NCBI GenBank assembly: GCA_054661495.1
Contig: BAAFSQ010000114.1
Span: 1-29,643 of the forward strand
Length of the DNA: 29,643 nucleotides
Direction: 5' to 3'
Source of the DNA: Zygophlyctis sp. KS116
Taxonomy: Eukaryota > Fungi > Chytridiomycota
Under the pieces are notes generated by a model that was given only the letters and a program-made list of their open reading frames with translations, was not told where the DNA came from and made no database searches. The position numbers and the translations under genes are program-made. The first letter of the stretch is position 1, and each line of letters starts with the position of its first letter. Shown in pieces: positions 22,327-29,643 of this stretch.

Positions 22327-23827
22327 ATGTTTTTTGTAAGGCCAAGTAAGTATCGACATGTTTTTGGGACTCCTGCAAAGAGAGATCTATGCTACGATAA
22401 TATTAGAGTCTCTAAAAATGCCTGGGATACCAATCTCGTGAAAGCGAATCCTCTTTTCGTATCAATTAATTTGGAAGCATCAGGAGGTATTTTGCACTGA
22501 TCTTTACAATAAGGCGGTGCTTTTGCAGTTATGAATCATGCAAACACTGGTAAACAAACTGACGCTTTACCACTTTTTAATGGGCACGCTGCAGCTGTCT
22601 TGGATACAGATTTTAATCCGTTCAATGATCATGTAATCGCATCTGCATCAGAGGATTGTAAAGTCATGATCTGGAAAATTCCTCAAAATGGTCCAATTGA
22701 AAATTGTAGTACCCCGGCCGTCACTCTTTCAGGACACGGAAGAAAGGTATTTTAGAGTTTAACAATTGTTAGGTAGGACACGTTCTCTTTTCTCCTACTG
22801 TTGATAATCTGCTGGCATCCGCTTCTGCTGATTTCACTGTTAAATTGTGGGATATTTCTAAAGCAGTGCAAAAGAATGAATTTCTTGGACACACTGAAAT
22901 CATTCAATCTCTTGCTTGGAATTATGATGGATCACAACTAGTCACAACTTGTAAAGACAAAAAAATTAGAGTTTATGATGCCAGAACAAGTCAGCCTGTT
23001 CAGATCACAAATGGTCATGCTGGAATCAAGGGTGCGCGTGTAATCTGGCTTGGGAATTCTCCAAATTTTTTAACGACCGGATTTTCTAAAACTTCAGATC
23101 GTCAGGTTTATGTATGGGATTCTAGAAATACAGAGACACCTTTAAAACAAGAAACAATTGATCAGTCTTCTGGAATGTACTAGTACCCAATCTAAATAAA
23201 ATAGGTTGATGCCAAGCTATGACGCTGATACTTGTATGCTATATTTGGCTGGTAAAGGTGATGGAAACATTCGATATTATGAGTGGGCGGATGATGAGAA
23301 AGGTCTTCATTACCTTTCTGAATATAAATCTACTGATCCTCAACGTGGTATCGGATTTCTACCAAAGCGTGCCTGTAATATTAGTGATGTCGAGATTGCT
23401 CGAGCATACAAAGTTCATGTGTCAATGGTTGAGCCAATATCTTTTAAAGGTTAATTCAATTCTAATATTCTTATCAATAGTTCCCAGAAAATCGGATTCA
23501 TTTCAAACGGATTTGTTTCCTCCATGTGCAGGACCAGAACCGAGTCTAACTGTCGAAGAATTTTTGTCCGGAAAGAATGCTGATCCTATCCTCATTTCAT
23601 TAGAGACAGCATTTGTCCCTGGAGTAAAAGAATTTGTAACAAGTGGAACCCCACCTTCGGAAACTGCAGACGCAAAGGCACCGGTAACTGATAAAGAATA
23701 TCAAGAGGCTTATCACTCTCTGAGAAAGGAAAATGAAGATTTAAAAGGAATTTTAGCCACAAGAGATGCCAAGATTAGAGCTTTGGAAGCACAATTATCG
23801 CTTCTATCCACATCAGACAAGAATTGA
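22327..23827 (+). CDS. CRN1: Coronin (WD40 actin-binding protein)
   Basis: [14 protein letters not shown] repeats, [33 protein letters not shown] and a C-terminal coiled coil; four short introns. Confidence 0.97.
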
Positions 23828-23872
23828 TTGAATAAAATATGTCATGATGATGGCCTTAGAACTTTAAGCGTT

Positions 23873-25157
23873 TTATTTAAGGATAAATGACACTGCTAGG
23901 TCAGACTTTAATACTTCATCAAGCTCTCGTGAGCTGCAACCAAACCGTGTACACAAGTCATCATAATGATGTTTTCCATCCAAGAATCTAATTTTTTAAA
24001 TGATCAATTAAGATACTTTTTCAACTTATTCATAAGGCCCTGCATTGCATTCTTTGAATCTACAGGTTTAGAATGCAATGCATGAAATATTGGAAATCTA
24101 TGAATACGATGAATAAATCCTTTTACCAGACCAAAAACTATAAATTTCCTAAATTTATCAAGAAACCTGATAATACCTGACATCAATAAAAGGGATCAAT
24201 TTCGAATTTTCTTCAATCCAAGCTTTCAGTGGTAAACCAGCCTTTAGTGCGGTATACAATGTAAAAAGTGTTGCGAATGGTAACTTGTAAGAGTCTTGAT
24301 AATTAAACTAACAGTTTTACCAAATCTAGAGACAAAATTTACACATTCTACCTGTATTTTGGGAGAATGCAATAATTCCGTTGCCCTTCTATTTATCGTA
24401 TATATATTTGAAAACTGAAAGATATCTAGCAAGACAATGTAACCATAATATAGTAAATGCTGAATTGCAATTATTGCAAATTTAATATCAATATCTGCAA
24501 GATCTGAAATCTTTCGAACATGATACACCCCATTTATAAACGGTAATATACGCTGAATAGAGAGATCTAAAGATTTGTTGACTGTTATAGAACTGATCAA
24601 TATTGGAACTTGATAATCATACACCTTACTAGGCTGCTTATAAATCGGAAATACCTAAATTTATTAATTTAATAATTAATTACCTTTAAGTTTATCCTAT
24701 TAAATTCACCCACATAGATTTGAGATTCAAAGTATGTATTTAGATCATTATAAATCTGTTCAATGATATCACGCAACTGACTTTTCTTTGATGCATCTGA
24801 AAGTAATTCTGATTCCAATTCCAAACTTGTTAATTCTCTTGCCATTTTGCGCACAACGCCTTCAAAAACCATGGTATTATCATTTACATCAAAAACAAAA
24901 CAGAGATTAAATAATAAACAATTGCGATCGTACTTTGAGTTTTCTATTGCAATAGGCAGCCCACATATTTTAAAAGATCCAATAGTAATATTAATGTATC
25001 GTCCACATAATTCACTTTTCGGGATAAGATACTCACAGAGTGCATCGAAATCAGAACTCTTCAATGTACTTTCAGGGACTTGAAAAACCAATTTTGGGCC
25101 TTGAACTGTATCAAACTCTGCATAAAAGATGCTAGAAATGGATGGGATCGAGTTCAT
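23873..25157 (-). CDS. NPR2: Nitrogen permease regulator 2 (GATOR1/SEACIT subunit NPRL2)
   Basis: IFYAEFDTVQGPK, YLIPKSELC, KYDRNCLLFNLCFVF, ILPFINGV, QHLLYYG, DIFQFSNIY, FLDGKHHYDDLC. Confidence 0.95.
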
Positions 25158-25180
25158 TACCAAAGCCCTTACAGTCTAAA

Positions 25181-25732
25181 TTATAATCTATTCATTTCTT
25201 GTTGGATAACATCCTTTAAAGAAGCATTATGAAATTTAACGCTAGATCCGTTATCCAAAACAAGTCGTATATCAGCATTCACGTCCTTGTTCAATGCGCT
25301 AATGTCCCATTTCATTGGAAATTTGATCATAAATTCTGATAATGGTTCAGAGACTACAAATTCAACATGCTCTAATCCTGAATCATAATTTGATCCTAAT
25401 TTAGGAGACGGCACTTCTAAAACACCAATTGATATTTCATGTCCGGCTCGTAACTTAAAGTGAAGCGGATCATGTAATTCAAAAGTAGAAATCAATCTTC
25501 CTCCGACCATTGATTCAATCAATAGACATGCAAAAGTATTGCATTCTTTTACAATTTCATGATATTCAGAGATTGAACTGGTTCGGTAACAGATATGATC
25601 TAGTTCTAAATTTTTCAAAGGAAGATCCTTTAAAGAGTCAAAAATGTATTGAACAAAATCTAAAGACTTCTATGATTTTTAATGATTTTAGTAAAATACA
25701 GTCTGTAGGATATGGCGGATAGAGATTGTCAT
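25181..25732 (-). CDS. YecM-family VOC/glyoxalase-fold metalloprotein
   Basis: LDHICYR, LLIESMVGGRLISTFEL, LEVPSPK...Y.SGLEHVEFVV, VKFHNASL. ATG 25732 is joined in frame through the 30-nt intron 25670-25699. Confidence 0.8.
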
Positions 25733-25864
25733 TGGATGCTATCAGTACTTTTAGTGTGTAGGCTGGGTGGATAAATGCAATTTCAAAGAGTTATCTCAAC
25801 CAAATTGATCAGTAATTGTTTTTTCTAGTCAAAATGATTTCTTTTAAAATTTCCCTACTAGATT

Positions 25865-27181
25865 TCAAGATTTTCCAGACATTTTCTGTTTTTCTGAACT
25901 AGCGCATCCAGTTTTCAAGAAATCAAAGAATCCACTCTTTTTTTTCTCGCTGCTTTCATCCTTGACAGTGTTGTTTCCATCCTTGACAGCATTGTTTTTA
26001 TGATCATTGTTTGTAGATTTGTTTCCAAAGGCTTCAATAATTAATTCTTTTTGTTTCTTGGTTAATGATTTTGGAATTTCAATCTTTATAGTCACTTGAT
26101 GATCACCCTTGTCTGATCGGCTACGAGGTAATAATACTCCTCTCTTTCTTAAAACTCGAACTTCTTCTGGTTGAACACCTGCAGGAAGAGTCAAGTCTAC
26201 ATCACCATCAATTGTTGGAACTCTAACAACTCCACCTAAAAGAGCAGTTGAAAGAGGAATAGAAACATTAGATAAGATATTTGCACCTTGGCGTTTAAAT
26301 TTTGGATGTGAAGAGACCTAAAATTCAATTTTAAAAATAAGGAAATACCTTTAATACGACATATAAGTCTCCTAAAGGACCTTTACCTTCTAATGGAGCA
26401 TGTCCTTGATTTCCAAGTCTTATTCTAGAACCATCATCAACTCCTTCAGGAATATTAACAATGATTGATTTCTTTTCCCGAACTCTACCCTTTCCGTCAC
26501 AAGATTGACAATTTGAATTTCTTGGAGTTTGAACTCCTTGTCCTCTACAAGCATTACATGTAGAAGACATTAAAAGACCTCCACGTTGAAATATAGTTTG
26601 GCCAGTCCCCTTACAAACACCACAAGTAGTCCTTTTAGCACCTGCCTTTAAACCAGATCCCTTACAAGGATTACATTCTATAATCCTTTCATATTCTAAT
26701 GGTTTAGATGCTCCTTTTGCGGCCTCCATAAAGTCAATTTTAAAAGAGACTGTTACATCTTGACCCATTGCCATTCCACTAGATCTTTGACCTCCGAATG
26801 CAGAAAACAATTGATCAAATATATCCTCTGAGAATCCTTTTCCAAAACCAGAGAATCCAGGATGGCCATTTGGATTAAACCCGGCCCCGCCATTCTCAAA
26901 TGCCGATGAACCAAACTGATCATACTGAGCCTTTTTACTTTCATCTGATAAAATCTCATAAGCCGATTGGATTTCCACAAACTTTTCCTTTGCCGATGGA
27001 TCCTTGTTAGTATCTGGATGATACTGTTTTGCCAATTGATAGTATGATTTCTTGATCTCTGATGCAGAAGCACTTTTACCAACTCCCAACACTTGATAAG
27101 GATCTCCTTTAAAGGATCTTAGAAGGCCTAAAGTTACTTGTCTGAATTACCTGAAGAGTGAAACGATCTAAATCGAAACAT
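25865..27181 (-). CDS. MDJ1: Mitochondrial type I DnaJ co-chaperone
   Basis: Presequence [11 protein letters not shown] domain with HPD, G/F region, four CxxCxGxG repeats, C-terminal domain; introns 27128-27150 and about 26318-26348. Confidence 0.93.
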
Positions 27182-27208
27182 TTTCAAATTTGAGTTTTAT
27201 GATCTGCA

Positions 27209-28267
27209 ATGGTAAAAGTTGTCATTGGAATGTCTGGAGGCATTGATTCTACTATTGCCGCTTATCTTCTTTCAAAACGATTTAATGTTATCGGAATTCA
27301 TCTTTGCACTTGGGACTCTAGGGATGAAAATGGTCAATGCAATCTCAAAAGGGATTGGGAAGATGTGCAAGAATCATGCAACATTTTAGGAATTCCTTGT
27401 AAATCTATTAATTACACTAAAGAGTACTGGACAATGGTATTTACTCCTTTTCTAAAACAATTATCATTATCTGGCTCACCTAATCCGGATATATACTGCA
27501 ACTCAAAGATCAAGTTTGGGACTTTTTATGATTACTGCATGCAAAAAGAGAATGCAGATTATGTTGCAACCGGTCATTATGCTAGAATTTCAAATATGAA
27601 GTTATTAAAAGGGGTAGATACTAAAAAAGATCAAAGTTATTACTTGTCAAATTTAAAATATGATCAATTGGGGAAAATACTGTTTCCATTAGGAAATCTA
27701 ACAAAACAAAAAGTTGGAGAAATTGCAAGATCTATAGGATTGGAGAAATTAATCAAGAAAAGGGAATCGATGGGTATATGTTTTATTGGAAAACGGAATT
27801 TTCATGATTTCATTCAAGAATATATCCCTACAAGTCCTGGTTATTTTGTGAATCAGAATGGGGAAAATTTAGGTTTACATGATGGAATAGAATTGTATAC
27901 TATTGGACAGAAAGCAAGACTCGGAGGATCAAAATCTAGACTCTATGTGGCAGATAAAGATCCAAAAACTAGTCGTATTCTTCTAGTTCCAAAATTTCAT
28001 CCGTTATTATTTTGTAAATCCAGTATTTTTGAACCTTTTTGGATTCATGGACCACCAGATCAATCGCTTAATTTAACTATTAAACATCGATATCGCATGG
28101 CTCCAACTCCTGCACTGGTAAATCTAAATTCTACAAATACAGAAATCTTATTCAAGGAACCTCAAGACTCTGTTGCACCTGGACAACATGTAACAGTATA
28201 TAATGGAGATCATGTCCTTGGAGGAGGACCAATCTCTTCAGATTATCCTAGATTTACAAATTGGTAA
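27209..28267 (+). CDS. SLM3: Mitochondrial tRNA-specific 2-thiouridylase (MnmA/SLM3/TRMU)
   Basis: SGGIDS PP-loop, PNPDIYCN, ATGHYAR, KDQSYYL, ESMGICFIG, YTIGQ, APGQ; intronless. Confidence 0.95.
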   Translation: MVKVVIGMSGGIDSTIAAYLLSKRFNVIGIHLCTWDSRDENGQCNLKRDWEDVQESCNILGIPCKSINYTKEYWTMVFTPFLKQLSLSGSPNPDIYCNSKIKFGTFYDYCMQKENADYVATGHYARISNMKLLKGVDTKKDQSYYLSNLKYDQLGKILFPLGNLTKQKVGEIARSIGLEKLIKKRESMGICFIGKRNFHDFIQEYIPTSPGYFVNQNGENLGLHDGIELYTIGQKARLGGSKSRLYVADKDPKTSRILLVPKFHPLLFCKSSIFEPFWIHGPPDQSLNLTIKHRYRMAPTPALVNLNSTNTEILFKEPQDSVAPGQHVTVYNGDHVLGGGPISSDYPRFTNW

Positions 28268-28288
28268 AATAATCTATAAATGAAATAT

Positions 28289-28760
28289 TTATTCTTCATC
28301 TTCTTCTCCAGCCTCATCAGCTGCAATATTAAAGTATTTTAGCTGATAAGTGGTTTTAGAGGTAGCAATTACTCTTAACCAGTCCCGCAATTCATTCTTT
28401 TTCAAAAACTTTTTAGTAAGATATTTGATATAACGTTTTGGGAAAGGAACGCCAGGAGATACAGTAATATTTAAAGAAGTATTTGATCCCTTTGCAATAG
28501 TTACAGATCCCGAAAGATTATTTGTTCTTCCTCCAACCTTGATTCTATCATGTAGAAATTTCTCATAAGCAGCCAAATCAAAGATTGAGTCATTGACTGG
28601 ACCAGAACAATCAATCACAAATTTACTTGGAGTTTTTTCCTTCTTCTACAAAATGAGAAAATATTGAGCAAACTGCAAAGAGCTACTCTATCATTCCTCC
28701 TTTTGAGAAATTAAGAATGCTTGCAGTTAATAAAATACTTACAGTGAGTTGTTTAACCAT
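28289..28760 (-). CDS. RPL22: 60S ribosomal protein L22 (eL22)
   Basis: Exon 1 MVKQLT (28743-28760), 97-nt intron 28646-28742, then FVIDCSGPVNDSIFD...KFLHDRIKV...KRYIKYLTKKFLKKNELRDWLRVIA. Confidence 0.97.
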
Positions 28761-28884
28761 TTTTGGATTTTTTTTACTCTTGTGGCTCAGTGAAACACAA
28801 TTTAGTACTGTGAGTGTGTCTTTGTGGCACCTTGGGACCGCCTAGGTTCAAGTTTTAGTTGAGGTGTTAAATACAACTTGAACA

Positions 28885-29339
28885 ATGCAGCAAATACAAA
28901 AGATTCAAAAGCTGAATCAGCTAGAACTTGATCAAGGTCTAACAGACACTGCATCATGGCATGATCAATTTAGAAATTCAGCTTATATTTATGTTGGAGG
29001 TTTAGACTTGAATTTAACTGAAGGTGATATTATCACTATATTTTCTCAGTAAGTATTAGTTTTTAATTTTATAGATATGGTGAAATTGTGGATATTAATT
29101 TAATCAGAGATAAAGAGACTGGTAAAAGTAAAGGATATGGATTTTTGGCTTTTGAAGATCAGAGATCTACTGTTTTGGCAATTGATAATCTGAATGGGTT
29201 TAAGCTTTTGGGAAGAATGCTTAGAGTGGATCATGTTGCTAATTACAAGGGGCCATCACAGACTAAAAAACAAGACTATGATGCAGAGGCTGAGAGAGAA
29301 AGGAGAAATCAAATTAGACCATGGCATCTCAAGGAGTAG
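28885..29339 (+). CDS. IST3: RES complex RRM protein Ist3/Snu17 (RBMX2)
   Basis: SWHDQFRNSAYIYVGGL...TEGDIITIFSQYGE (intron 29049-29074), RDKETGKSKGYGFLAFEDQRSTVLAIDNLNG...RVDHV. Confidence 0.95.
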
Positions 29340-29575
29340 TCTCCATACTAAATACAATCAAAAAGTTTTAAAGTGTATAACAATTATATTATTGAAAACA
29401 TGTTGCTAATTTTGAGGGGCCATCACTGCAGACAATGGTGCAGAGGCCGAAAGAGAAAGCAGAAATCACATTGAACTAAAAAGAAAGGACTTCATTTCCA
29501 TCTCTAAATGGAGTAGATTTCTGTTTTAATTAAAATAAATAAGTTAAAAGTAAATGCAATATTATTAAAAAAACA
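29232..29575 (+). repeat. Degenerate tandem duplication (about 170-bp unit) of the IST3 3' coding end plus its 3' flank
   Basis: CATGTTGCTAATT..AGGGGCCATCAC at 29232 and 29399; TGCAGAGGC.GA.AGAGAAAG.AGAAATCA.ATT and GGAGTAG occur in both copies. Confidence 0.85.
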
Positions 29576-29643
29576 ATTTAGTAAAGGCAACGTGTCAGAA
29601 TGAACCATCTTCCCTTCCAAAAGCCTGGAAAAGCAATTGGAGC

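Noticed and set aside
1-29643. Mobile elements, prokaryotic contamination, and the remaining short antisense or overlapping ORFs in the track
   Set aside because: No transposase, RT or terminal repeats were seen. Spliceosomal introns occur throughout. The extra ORFs overlap well-supported genes and lack recognisable motifs.

Overview
Eukaryotic, AT-rich, very gene-dense genomic DNA. It is most consistent with an early-diverging (chytrid-type) fungus; this is inferred from fungal-type genes (Spa2-like, PFK with an N-terminal glyoxalase-like extension, Cys-LysM chitinase, chitin-binding module) and could not be checked by search. The genetic code is standard. About 24 protein genes or pseudogenes and one tRNA-Ala(AGC) are present, split by dozens of tiny GT-AG introns of about 22-33 nt. 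Housekeeping genes: AP-1 gamma adaptin, aldose 1-epimerase, BFR2, Spa2/GIT, PFK, coronin, NPR2, MDJ1, MnmA/SLM3, RPL22 and IST3. Main unusual features: (i) operon-like packing, with 1-nt and 7-nt stop-to-start spacers and a 27-nt head-to-head gap; (ii) a six-gene island of secreted, probably GPI-anchored proteins sharing a signal-peptide exon, including a GGMQ-repeat protein and an unrecognised 8-Cys family with one intronless and one dead copy; (iii) a LysM plus bacterial-type GH18 chitinase whose frame break could be repaired by a 25-nt intron carved from coding sequence; (iv) a single long, structured intron in RPL22, a candidate autoregulatory element; (v) an intron-bearing bacterial-type YecM gene; (vi) candidate structured or Pol III-like elements in divergent promoters. 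All gene models were assembled by hand and no database searches were run.
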